56,590 nt of DNA from Cyclobacteriaceae bacterium (lineage in GTDB: Bacteria > Bacteroidota > Bacteroidia > Cytophagales > Cyclobacteriaceae), in assembly GCA_043779775.1 (NCBI GenBank), contig JAYWDP010000395.1:1-56590 (forward strand). The letters are read 5' to 3'. Under the pieces are notes generated by a model. That model saw nothing but the letters and a program-made list of their open reading frames with translations, did no database searches and had not been told where the DNA came from. Position numbers and translations under genes: made by a program. Below, one piece after another: positions 7,278 to 15,709 of the stretch (the first letter of the stretch is position 1; every line of letters starts with the position of its first letter).

Positions 7278-9530
7278 ATGAAGAAATTATTTTTAATAAT
7301 CTGTATCCTTTCGGGTATAACACTTTTAGCACAGGAAGTCAACACGGAAACGCCCCTATGGAAGGGCAAGTTTGAACAACTGGATCAACTGCTGCCGACG
7401 CCCAATGAATATCGAACCGGCTCCGGAGCTCCGGGACCTAAATACTGGCAACAGCGCGCTGATTATGTGATCCATGTTGAACTCAATGATGACAACCAAA
7501 GCATCACCGGAGCTGAAGTCATCACGTATTTCAATAACTCCTCCGACGTTTTAAAGTATCTCTGGCTTCAGGTAGACCAGAACATCTATGAAAAGGGAAA
7601 TAACACTGTTAAAACGGCAACCACTTCCGTGAAAGACTCATCCAGTACACTAAAGATGGCGCTCGATTTAAACCTGAATGATTTCGATGGCGGGTTTAAA
7701 ATCAAATCCGTGAAAGATGCCAGTGGAAAAAGCCTGGCGTTCTTTGTGAACTCTACCATGATGCGTGTGGATCTTGCGCAACTTTTGCCGGCAGGACAAA
7801 AAGTAACTTTTTCTGTTGACTGGTCTTTCAACGTTCATGACCGGATGCGTGGTGATTCTGAAAACGACAAACGCAGCGGCATGGAGTATTTCCCTGAAGA
7901 TGGAAATTTTTCTTACATCATAGCACAGTGGTTTCCCCGTATGTGTGTGTACGACGATGTCGTGGGCTGGCAGAACAAACAATTCCTTGGCCATGGCGAA
8001 TTTACCCTCACCTTTGGCAATTACGAAGTTAACCTCACCGTACCTTCTGACCACATCGTAGCTGCCACCGGTATGGTACAGAATCCTAACGAAGTACTCA
8101 CCGCGGATCAACAGGAGCGTTTTGAAAGGGCAAAGACATCCTTTGATAAGCCAGTTATTATCGCTACTCAAGCGGAGGCCATGGCGCGTGAGAAAACCAA
8201 ATCGAAAGAAAAAAAGACCTGGAAGTTTAAAGCAGAAAATGTTCGCGACTTTGCCTTTGCTACTTCCCGCAAATTCATCTGGGATGCCCAAGCGGTGAAG
8301 ATCGGCGACAAAACTCCGCTCGCCATGTCTTACTATCCCAAAGAGGGCAATCCGCTGTGGGAAAAAGAGTCCACCAAAGCGATAAAGGCGGCCCTCATCA
8401 CGTACTCAAAATACACCCTCGACTACCCGTACCCACAAGCTACTTCAGTGCACAATGCCTCTATAGGCATGGAGTACCCCATGATTTGTTTTAACGGACG
8501 GCGACCCAACAAAGACGGTACTTATTCCGATGCCACCAAATGGGGATTGGTAGGCGTTGTTATTCATGAGGTAGGGCACAATTTTTTTCCTATGATCATC
8601 AACAGTGATGAACGCCAGATGACGTGGATGGATGAGGGTATCAATTCCTTTATTCAATACCGAACAGAAATTGAAAACTATCCCGATAAGCCAGTACGGA
8701 GAGGTCCCGCTTCGACCATCGTACCTTATATGAAAGGTGATAACAGCATCAAGCGTCCATTAATGACCAACTCGGAACAAGCAGTTCAGTTTTTTACAGA
8801 GCAATATGATAAGTGCGCTGCGGGCATGAACATGTTGCGCGAAACCATTATGGGACCGGAACTGTTTGATAAGTCTTTTAAAGAATATTCTCAACGCTGG
8901 GCATTCCATCACCCCAAACCCGCCGATTTTTTCCGCACGATGGAAGATGCTTCTGCTGTTGATCTCGATTGGTTCTGGAGAGGTTGGTTTTATTCTACCG
9001 ATGTATGTGATCAGTCCATTGACAAAGTAAAATGGTACCAGGTCAGGAAGGACCAAACAAATCTCGAAAACAAAGGGAAGTCTGTAAAGAAAGGTGATCT
9101 TACAGCATCGGGGTCGGGTGAAAAAAATCCGAATGATTTCAGCGGTGGTCCACAGCCCTTCTCCGTGATACCCACCGACGCACGCTTTTACGGTGATTTC
9201 CAAAATAGGGTGGATGACAAAGCGTTGATCGCCAAAATGGAAAACAAAAATTTCTATGAAGTGACCCTCACGAATAAAGGCGAGCTGGTCATGCCGGTGG
9301 TGATTGAGTGGACGTATAAAGATGGAACGAAAGAAATAGACAGGATCCCGGCGGAGATCTGGCGCAACAATGAAAAGACAGTGACCAAAGTCTTTATAAA
9401 AGATAAGGAAGTGATCAACCTGGTGCTCGATCCCAAACTTGAGACCTCCGACATCAGCACCGGGGATAATGTCTTTCCTAAAGTAGCGATCCCCAACAAG
9501 TTCGATGAACTCAAAAAGAAAATGAATTAA
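7278..9530 (+). CDS. M1 family zinc aminopeptidase, secreted (copy 1)
   Basis: Signal peptide; GMEYP exopeptidase motif; HEVGH-x18-E (WMDEG). Confidence 0.93.
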   Translation: MKKLFLIICILSGITLLAQEVNTETPLWKGKFEQLDQLLPTPNEYRTGSGAPGPKYWQQRADYVIHVELNDDNQSITGAEVITYFNNSSDVLKYLWLQVDQNIYEKGNNTVKTATTSVKDSSSTLKMALDLNLNDFDGGFKIKSVKDASGKSLAFFVNSTMMRVDLAQLLPAGQKVTFSVDWSFNVHDRMRGDSENDKRSGMEYFPEDGNFSYIIAQWFPRMCVYDDVVGWQNKQFLGHGEFTLTFGNYEVNLTVPSDHIVAATGMVQNPNEVLTADQQERFERAKTSFDKPVIIATQAEAMAREKTKSKEKKTWKFKAENVRDFAFATSRKFIWDAQAVKIGDKTPLAMSYYPKEGNPLWEKESTKAIKAALITYSKYTLDYPYPQATSVHNASIGMEYPMICFNGRRPNKDGTYSDATKWGLVGVVIHEVGHNFFPMIINSDERQMTWMDEGINSFIQYRTEIENYPDKPVRRGPASTIVPYMKGDNSIKRPLMTNSEQAVQFFTEQYDKCAAGMNMLRETIMGPELFDKSFKEYSQRWAFHHPKPADFFRTMEDASAVDLDWFWRGWFYSTDVCDQSIDKVKWYQVRKDQTNLENKGKSVKKGDLTASGSGEKNPNDFSGGPQPFSVIPTDARFYGDFQNRVDDKALIAKMENKNFYEVTLTNKGELVMPVVIEWTYKDGTKEIDRIPAEIWRNNEKTVTKVFIKDKEVINLVLDPKLETSDISTGDNVFPKVAIPNKFDELKKKMN

Positions 9531-9556
9531 TAACTTTAAGTCAATATTCTGAAGAA

Positions 9557-11812
9557 ATGAAAAAGTTACTCTCAATTTGTCTTTCGCTCATCACGGTCAT
9601 GACCCTCCAGGCTCAACAACAATCGCCGCCATCCCAGCAACAAAAATGGCAGGGAAAATTTGAGCAGCTTGATCAAATGCTCCCAACACCCAACAGCTAC
9701 CGGAGCAGTTCCGGCGCTCCAGGAGCTGACTACTGGCAACAGCGGGCTGACTATTTGATCAATGTGGAGCTTAACGATGATAATCAGTCGATCACGGGTG
9801 CCGAGACCATTACCTATTATAACAATGCTCCGGAAGAGCTCAAATTCCTCTGGCTGCAGCTTGACCAAAACATTCACTCCGACGGCAACCTAACGAGTAT
9901 GACTTCCAGAAGCTTAATCCGCGACTCTATTCCAGCCAGGTCCATCGGCATTGCGCAAGCCCTTCTTGATTTCAAAGGAGGTTACGCGATTAAATCAGTG
10001 AAAGACCAGAATGACAAAGACCTTCCCTTCATTATTAATTACACCATGATGCGGGTGGATCTGCCCCAACCCTTAAAAAAGGGGGAAAAATTTATTGTAA
10101 AAATTCAGTGGTCCTATAACATCAATGACCTTATGAAGACTAACGACGAAGCTGATCGCAGTGGCATGGAGTACTTTCCGGAGGATCGAAATTACATCTA
10201 TTTCATTGCCCAATGGTTCCCCCGCATGTGTGTCTTTGACGACTACGAAGGCTGGCAGAATAAACAATTCCTTGGCAACGGTGAGTTTGCCCTCACCTTC
10301 GGCAACTATCGTGTGAAAATCACGGTGCCTTCAGATCATATTGTCGGCGCTTCAGGCTGGCTGCAAAATCCAAAAGATGTTTTAACAAAAGAACAAATCG
10401 ACCGGTTTGAAAATGCCCGTAAGACCTTTGACAACCCCGTATTTGTGGTGACCGAAGAAGAGGCAAAGAAAAAAGAAAAAGAGCGGTCTAAGAATAAAAG
10501 CACCTGGGAGTTTTATGCTGAGAATGTTCGTGATTTTGCATTCTCTTCTTCGCGGAAATATATCTGGGATGCGATGGCAGTGAAAAATGGTAATAATTTC
10601 CCCTTAGCGCAATCTCTTTATCCGAAAGAGGGTTTTACCCTGTGGTCAAAGGAATCTACAAAAGCAATTAAGAATACGCTGGATGTCTACTCTGCACGCA
10701 CAATCGACTACCCTTACCCTACGGCCTATTCATGTAATTGGGTGGGTGGGGGTATGGAATATCCCATGATTTGCTTTAATGGCGGACGTCCTGCCAAGGA
10801 TGGGACCATCACTGAACGTACATTGACGCGGACCGTCAGTATCATCGTCCATGAAGTGGGACACAATTATTTTCCCATGATCATTAATTCCGATGAACGT
10901 CAGTGTACCTGGATGGATGAAGGATTGAATTCGTTCCTGGAAAAGGAAACGTTGCGTGAGCGTTATCCAAAACTTGATCGCGCAAGTAACACGCCGAAAG
11001 GAATAGTATCTTTTATGAAAGGAGACAGAAGCATTATGCGCCCTGTGATGGCAATGTCCGACAACCAGGGAAAGAGTTTTAGCCCAAACGGATACAGCAA
11101 GCCGGCGGCAGCCCTTACCATCCTCCGCGAAACGGTGATGGGGGCCGAACTTTTCGATAAATCTTTCAAGGAATATGCCCAACGCTGGGCCTTCAAACAT
11201 CCCAAGCCTGCTGATTTCTTCCGCACCCTTGAAGATGCCTCCGCCGTTGATCTCGATTGGTTCTGGCGTGGCTGGTTTTATTCTACCGACCATGTGGACC
11301 TGACCGTTGATCAAGTGAAATGGTACAAGGTAAAATCCACCAAAGTTGATCCGGAAAAGAAAGGTGTTAAAGTAAAGCAGGGGGATCTTTCTGCCAGTGC
11401 CTCTCAAGATAAAGTGATGGACTTCAGCGGTGGCCCGCAGGAGTTTACGGTCATCAACACCCCGGATCAGGATTACCGGGATTTTAAAAACCGATTGGAT
11501 GACAATGGAATTCGTCAAAAGCTGATGGGTAAAAATCTGTATGAGGTTACACTCAAAAATAGCGGCGGGCTGGTGTCACCGCTCATTATTGAGTGGACGT
11601 TTAAAGATGGTTCAAAAGAAATTGAAAGGATACCGGCCGAGATTTGGCGCGACAATGAGTTTGAGGTGAAAAAGGTTTTTGTGAAAGACAAGGAGGTAGT
11701 GAACATGGTGATCGACCCCAACGCGGAAACTGCCGATACGAATGTGAATGATAATGTGTTTCCAAAAAAGATGGCGGTGAATAAATTTGAACAGTTGAAG
11801 AAGGGAAATTAA
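9557..11812 (+). CDS. M1 family zinc aminopeptidase, secreted (copy 2, tandem paralog)
   Basis: Signal peptide, GGMEYP and HEVGH...WMDEG. Collinear with the upstream gene along its whole length. Confidence 0.93.
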   Translation: MKKLLSICLSLITVMTLQAQQQSPPSQQQKWQGKFEQLDQMLPTPNSYRSSSGAPGADYWQQRADYLINVELNDDNQSITGAETITYYNNAPEELKFLWLQLDQNIHSDGNLTSMTSRSLIRDSIPARSIGIAQALLDFKGGYAIKSVKDQNDKDLPFIINYTMMRVDLPQPLKKGEKFIVKIQWSYNINDLMKTNDEADRSGMEYFPEDRNYIYFIAQWFPRMCVFDDYEGWQNKQFLGNGEFALTFGNYRVKITVPSDHIVGASGWLQNPKDVLTKEQIDRFENARKTFDNPVFVVTEEEAKKKEKERSKNKSTWEFYAENVRDFAFSSSRKYIWDAMAVKNGNNFPLAQSLYPKEGFTLWSKESTKAIKNTLDVYSARTIDYPYPTAYSCNWVGGGMEYPMICFNGGRPAKDGTITERTLTRTVSIIVHEVGHNYFPMIINSDERQCTWMDEGLNSFLEKETLRERYPKLDRASNTPKGIVSFMKGDRSIMRPVMAMSDNQGKSFSPNGYSKPAAALTILRETVMGAELFDKSFKEYAQRWAFKHPKPADFFRTLEDASAVDLDWFWRGWFYSTDHVDLTVDQVKWYKVKSTKVDPEKKGVKVKQGDLSASASQDKVMDFSGGPQEFTVINTPDQDYRDFKNRLDDNGIRQKLMGKNLYEVTLKNSGGLVSPLIIEWTFKDGSKEIERIPAEIWRDNEFEVKKVFVKDKEVVNMVIDPNAETADTNVNDNVFPKKMAVNKFEQLKKGN

Positions 11813-11817
11813 TACAA

Positions 11818-11864
11818 TAACCGCAGACCTGCCTGCCGGTAGGCAGGGGCGCGGAGACGCAGAG
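11818..11864. repeat. REP-like arm interrupted by the 20-nt CCTGCCTGCCGGTAGGCAGG palindrome
   Basis: taaccgcaga[cctgcctgccggtaggcagg]ggcgcggagacgcagag. Confidence 0.7.
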
Positions 11865-11878
11865 AATGCAATAATTTT

Positions 11879-11910
11879 AAGCCTACCTAAAAGGGCGGGC
11901 TTTTCTATTT
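11879..11910 (+). terminator. Possible intrinsic terminator of the M1 operon
   Basis: Hairpin aagcctacc...ggcgggctt followed by ttctattt. Confidence 0.45.
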
Positions 11911-11928
11911 CCCAAAATTATTAAACGC

Positions 11929-11996
11929 AATTAACCACAGAGGAGACTGAAGTCACAGAGTAATTTCTTTGCGCCTCAGCGTCTCTGCGGTTAATT
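11929..11996. repeat. REP doublet (AACCACAGAG...CTCTGCGGTT)
   Basis: Inverted arms aattaaccacagag and ctctgcggttaatt. Confidence 0.75.
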
Positions 11997-11999
11997 TTT

Positions 12000-12341
12000 T
12001 TACTCTTCATCCAGCAAATGCTTATGCAAAAAGCGATGTACGATCGGTGCGAGAAAGACGGCCACCGTACTAAGAAAAAAAACACCACTAAAGATCGCAT
12101 AGAACGAAACAAACCATTTAGCCGCATCGCTTTTCATCACATCCACCGGCCCCATTCCTGTTAGGATCATAGAAGCATTCATCAGAGCATCCAGCCAGGA
12201 AAGTTTTCCGATGTAATGATACCCTGCAACGCCCATGGCGAGAGAAATTCCCAGTAATATCCCTGCAAATCCCGAATATCGGGCAATGCGAATTATGAAT
12301 TGCCGAAAAGGAAGGACCGGTTTGGATCGATGTTCAAACAT
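12000..12341 (-). CDS. Small two-TM membrane protein, K+-channel (Ion_trans_2)-like
   Basis: TM1, then LSWLDALMNASMILTGMGP (pore helix/filter-like), then TM2. Confidence 0.65.
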   Translation of the reverse strand: MFEHRSKPVLPFRQFIIRIARYSGFAGILLGISLAMGVAGYHYIGKLSWLDALMNASMILTGMGPVDVMKSDAAKWFVSFYAIFSGVFFLSTVAVFLAPIVHRFLHKHLLDEE

Positions 12342-12363
12342 CAGATGAAGAGTTTAGTAATAC

Positions 12364-12438
12364 AATTAACCACAGATCCACAGATTAAGAAGGATTCTAT
12401 TGCCCATTCTCTGCGCCTCCGCGTCTCTGCGGTTAATT
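12364..12438. repeat. REP doublet (AACCACAGA...CTCTGCGGTT)
   Basis: Same architecture as 11929-11996; the right arm is nearly identical. Confidence 0.75.
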
Positions 12439-12441
12439 TTT

Positions 12442-13395
12442 TTACGCAAAGTACTTACTGGCCTTATTCAAATCCACATTTCCACCTGAAAGAATTATTC
12501 CCACTTTCTTACCCACGAATTTTGATTTCTCTTTTAACACCGCCGCAAAGGGCACGGCGCAAGAAGTTTCAACGATTATTTTCAATCGCTCCCAGATCAA
12601 TCGCATGGCGGAAATAATTTCTTCATCCGTTACGGTAATAATCTCTTTTACATTGTCGCGAATGATCGGAAAAGTCTTATCGCCCAACGCGGTGAGCAGG
12701 CCGTCGGCAATGGTATTGGACTGGGCTGTCTCTATTTTCCCACTTTTGAGGGAACGATAAGCGTCATCGGATCCTGCCGGTTCGCCTGCCAGTACCATCG
12801 TCTTGGGAGAGAAATATTTTGCGGCCAGAGCCGTTCCGCTGAGAAGTCCGCCACCTCCCACCGGGGTAATGATGAAGTCGAGGCCGGGCACTTCTTCAAA
12901 AAGTTCTTTTGCCGCCGTGGCCTGTCCTTCGATCACATCAAAGTTGTTGAAAGGATGGATCTCGACCGCACCCGTTTTATTAATCACTTCGACTAGTATC
13001 TTTTCACGGGATTCGAGGGTAGGCTCGCACTCAAATATTTCCCCACCGTAAGCGCGAACTCCCTTCTTTTTTATTTCCGGGGCCGTGCGCGGCATGACGA
13101 TGTAGGACCTAATGCCCAGGATCTTTGCGGCACGCGCCAGTGCCTGGGCGTGATTCCCGGACGAATGCGTTGCAATGCCCTTGACCCGCTCATCCGGAGA
13201 AAGCTTCAGCGCAGCATTCATGGCACCTCGTGACTTGAAGGCCCCCACTTTTTGAAAGTTCTCGCACTTAAAAAACAAATGGCAACCCACTTCTTCATCA
13301 ATGGAAGCGCTGGTCATTACCGGCGTATGGTGAATGTATGGCTTGATGCGCTCATGCGCCGCTTCGATGTCAGCTCGGCTTGCTATGTAATCCAT
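12442..13395 (-). CDS. PLP-dependent Ser/Thr dehydratase / serine racemase family enzyme
   Basis: KCENFQKVGAFKSRGA (PLP Lys), SSGNHAQA, PVGGGGLLSG and LSGGN. No ACT domain. Confidence 0.92.
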   Translation of the reverse strand: MDYIASRADIEAAHERIKPYIHHTPVMTSASIDEEVGCHLFFKCENFQKVGAFKSRGAMNAALKLSPDERVKGIATHSSGNHAQALARAAKILGIRSYIVMPRTAPEIKKKGVRAYGGEIFECEPTLESREKILVEVINKTGAVEIHPFNNFDVIEGQATAAKELFEEVPGLDFIITPVGGGGLLSGTALAAKYFSPKTMVLAGEPAGSDDAYRSLKSGKIETAQSNTIADGLLTALGDKTFPIIRDNVKEIITVTDEEIISAMRLIWERLKIIVETSCAVPFAAVLKEKSKFVGKKVGIILSGGNVDLNKASKYFA

Positions 13396-13428
13396 TTCAA
13401 AAAAATTAGTCCCTGTCTTTCACAAATT

Positions 13429-14016
13429 TTATTTTACCCATTTAACTTTTCCCTCCAGGGGTTTCCTTCTTCCCTCCATTGTGAACGACTTTGAAATACC
13501 CACGTGGAAAAATCCAATCAGTTTGTCCTCATGGTTCAGCCCAAAAAATTCCTTCGCTTCTTCAAAGTAGGTAATGCCTCCCGTGCTGAGGTAGGAACCT
13601 ACACCGTACGCCGTAGCGGTGAGGTACATGTTCTCGATGGCACAGAATACAGCACCCAGTTCTTCCACTTCTGGTACACTTTTCTTTTCATCGCGTTTCA
13701 TTCCAATCGCGATGATGTGCGAGGATTGCAAAGGCTTGGCCAATAATGCCTGATAGCGGTCTTCCTTGAAAGTGTTGTTTTTCATCGTCACTTCTTTATA
13801 GCAGCCGGCCTGAAATTCGGCCAGTTTTTTTAGTCCTTCGCCCGTAAACACTACAAACCGCCAGGGCTCCGTCAATTTATGCGTAGGGGCCCAGCGTGCA
13901 TTTTCAAGGATCTGCTCAACAACCTCATCGCTCACTTTTTCTCCAATGTAGTCCTTTGGAAATACCGACCTTCTGGAATGTATCAGTCGGTTTAAGTCTT
14001 TTGTGCTGAAATCCAT
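13429..14016 (-). CDS. Nitroreductase family protein (YdjA-like)
   Basis: RRSV, WAPTHKLTEPWRF and NMYLTATAYGVGS. Confidence 0.9.
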   Translation of the reverse strand: MDFSTKDLNRLIHSRRSVFPKDYIGEKVSDEVVEQILENARWAPTHKLTEPWRFVVFTGEGLKKLAEFQAGCYKEVTMKNNTFKEDRYQALLAKPLQSSHIIAIGMKRDEKKSVPEVEELGAVFCAIENMYLTATAYGVGSYLSTGGITYFEEAKEFFGLNHEDKLIGFFHVGISKSFTMEGRRKPLEGKVKWVK

Positions 14017-14060
14017 CGAGTCTGTTTTTTCGGCTAAGTTAAGTTTTATACCTTTTGCCT

Positions 14061-14774
14061 ATGAGGACTATCATCATTTTGCTTTTGTTTACTTCTTGTT
14101 CAACGCTTTACACTCCTAATACGCGAAACGCACCCCTTTTTCGCGAACAAGGGGAAGCCCAACTGTCGGGCTACCTCACCTCGGCAGGAATTGAAGGGCA
14201 AGTTGCCTATGCCTTAACTGACCATATCGCCGCCATCGGAAGCTATGTGTACGGAAGTTCCAAAGAGACCAAGTATACCTACAAAAACAGTTATGGTGAG
14301 ATTGGCTTTGGCTTTTTTGACCGCAGTCGTTCTGCGCGATACGAAATTCTTGGCGGATATGGCTTCGGACAAAGTACCAGCTACGATCAATATTCTTTTT
14401 TCGGGTTGAACAATACCGTGGAGGCCACCGCCAAAATGCAACGCATATTTATTCAACCCTCCATCGGCACCAACGGCCGTAACTTCAATCTTATTTTTAC
14501 CCCAAGGCTTACCTGGGTGGATTATACGGAGTTCAGTACCTCTGCCAGTGTGCCGCCCCCGCTCACCAACAACATGAAACCCAATGAAAAGGCGCAGATC
14601 TTTCTTGAGCCCGCCCTCACCACCAAATTTCGTTTGCAAGGGAATCTTCACGGCATTTTTCAACTCGGCATTGCATTGCCCATGAACGGGGAAGTATATT
14701 ATAAGTACCAATCCTTGCAGGCAACGATTGGCATTCAAATTGATACGGGAGGCTTGAGAACCAAGGTTTATTAA
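14061..14774 (+). CDS. Hypothetical lipoprotein, probable outer-membrane beta-barrel
   Basis: Lipobox-like MRTIIILLLFTSC followed by alternating amphipathic, Gly/aromatic-rich beta-strands. Confidence 0.7.
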   Translation: MRTIIILLLFTSCSTLYTPNTRNAPLFREQGEAQLSGYLTSAGIEGQVAYALTDHIAAIGSYVYGSSKETKYTYKNSYGEIGFGFFDRSRSARYEILGGYGFGQSTSYDQYSFFGLNNTVEATAKMQRIFIQPSIGTNGRNFNLIFTPRLTWVDYTEFSTSASVPPPLTNNMKPNEKAQIFLEPALTTKFRLQGNLHGIFQLGIALPMNGEVYYKYQSLQATIGIQIDTGGLRTKVY

Positions 14775-14799
14775 TTAAAATATCGGCGACGATTTTAGT

Positions 14800-14807
14800 T
14801 ATCTTTG
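14800..14807 (+). promoter_or_regulatory. Bacteroidota sigma-A -7 box (TATCTTTG)
   Basis: Exact TAnnTTTG match 21 nt upstream of ATG 14829. Confidence 0.55.
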
Positions 14808-14828
14808 ACTACACAAAACACCAGGACT

Positions 14829-15659
14829 ATGAAAGCTTTATTTGGAATCGCAGTGTGGACGACAACGATCTTTGTGACCTTTCCTGCTTCCGCCCAGTTT
14901 CTCAACAAACTTAAGCAGAAAGCTGAAAAAACTGCTGATCAAAAAGTGGACAAGCAGCTCGGCATAAATCAAACCCCGAACCAAAATCAGAATCAGAATC
15001 AGAACCAAAACCAGAACCAGAACCAGAATCAAAATAACAATGGTGGCGGTAACAATACGGGTGGCGGGTTAAACCAAAACCAGGGCGGAGGTGGATTAAT
15101 CGCCACACCGCCCGATGTCAAATCAAATTTGACTGATGGTGAGACTGCTTTTAAGGGAGGTAAATATGGCGATGCGCGTTACTCTATTCAGCAAGCGATG
15201 CTGGGTGTAGAACTTGAAATCGGAAACAAAATTCTAAAATCCTTGCCTGAAACCATCAGCGGACTAAACAAAGATGCTACTGCCGACCAGGTGACAAGTA
15301 CCGGTTCGGGCTGGGCCGGTCTCACGATCGCCCGCAAATACACCGACACAAAAGAAAAAGAATTCCGCACAACCATTGCTAATAATTCTGTTTGGATGTC
15401 GGCCATCAATATGTATTTCACTTCCGGTGGCTATGCACAACAAACCAACGGCCAACAAAACTGGAAGCAGGTCAAAGTGAAAGGCAACCGATCCATCATC
15501 GAATTTGACCAAAGCAGCGGATATAAACTCAGTGTGCCTATCGGCCAATCCAGTCTCATCGTTTTTGAAGGTGTGAATTTTGCCAATGAAAATGATATGA
15601 TAGCCGCGGCCAACACGGTGGATATTGAGGGTATCAAAAAAATGCTTGGCGAGCAATGA
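14829..15659 (+). CDS. Secreted hypothetical protein with an N/Q/G low-complexity linker
   Basis: Signal peptide ending ASA-Q; (NQ)9 tract; the C-terminal ~185 aa are paralogous to the next gene. Confidence 0.85.
   Translation: MKALFGIAVWTTTIFVTFPASAQFLNKLKQKAEKTADQKVDKQLGINQTPNQNQNQNQNQNQNQNQNQNNNGGGNNTGGGLNQNQGGGGLIATPPDVKSNLTDGETAFKGGKYGDARYSIQQAMLGVELEIGNKILKSLPETISGLNKDATADQVTSTGSGWAGLTIARKYTDTKEKEFRTTIANNSVWMSAINMYFTSGGYAQQTNGQQNWKQVKVKGNRSIIEFDQSSGYKLSVPIGQSSLIVFEGVNFANENDMIAAANTVDIEGIKKMLGEQ
14979..15032 (+). repeat. Coding hexamer repeat (AAYCAR)x9 encoding (NQ)9
   Basis: Directly visible; synonymous variation between units. Confidence 0.95.
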
Positions 15660-15663
15660 ATAG

Positions 15664-15698
15664 GATTTACAATTTAAGATTTACAATTTACAATTTTA
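15664..15698. repeat. Heptamer tandem repeat (ATTTACA)n
   Basis: gatttac aatttaa gatttac aatttac aatttta between the two paralogs. Confidence 0.7.
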
Positions 15699-15709
15699 GA
15701 AACAATCCT

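Noticed and set aside
8760-11518. Long antisense ORFs (271 and 262 aa) and similar overlapping ORFs across the window
   Set aside because: They lie opposite or within well-supported genes and have no motifs; codon-bias shadows.
11929-12445. Integron attC sites
   Set aside because: They lack the RYYYAAC/GTTRRRY box arrangement and no intI is present; treated as REP doublets.
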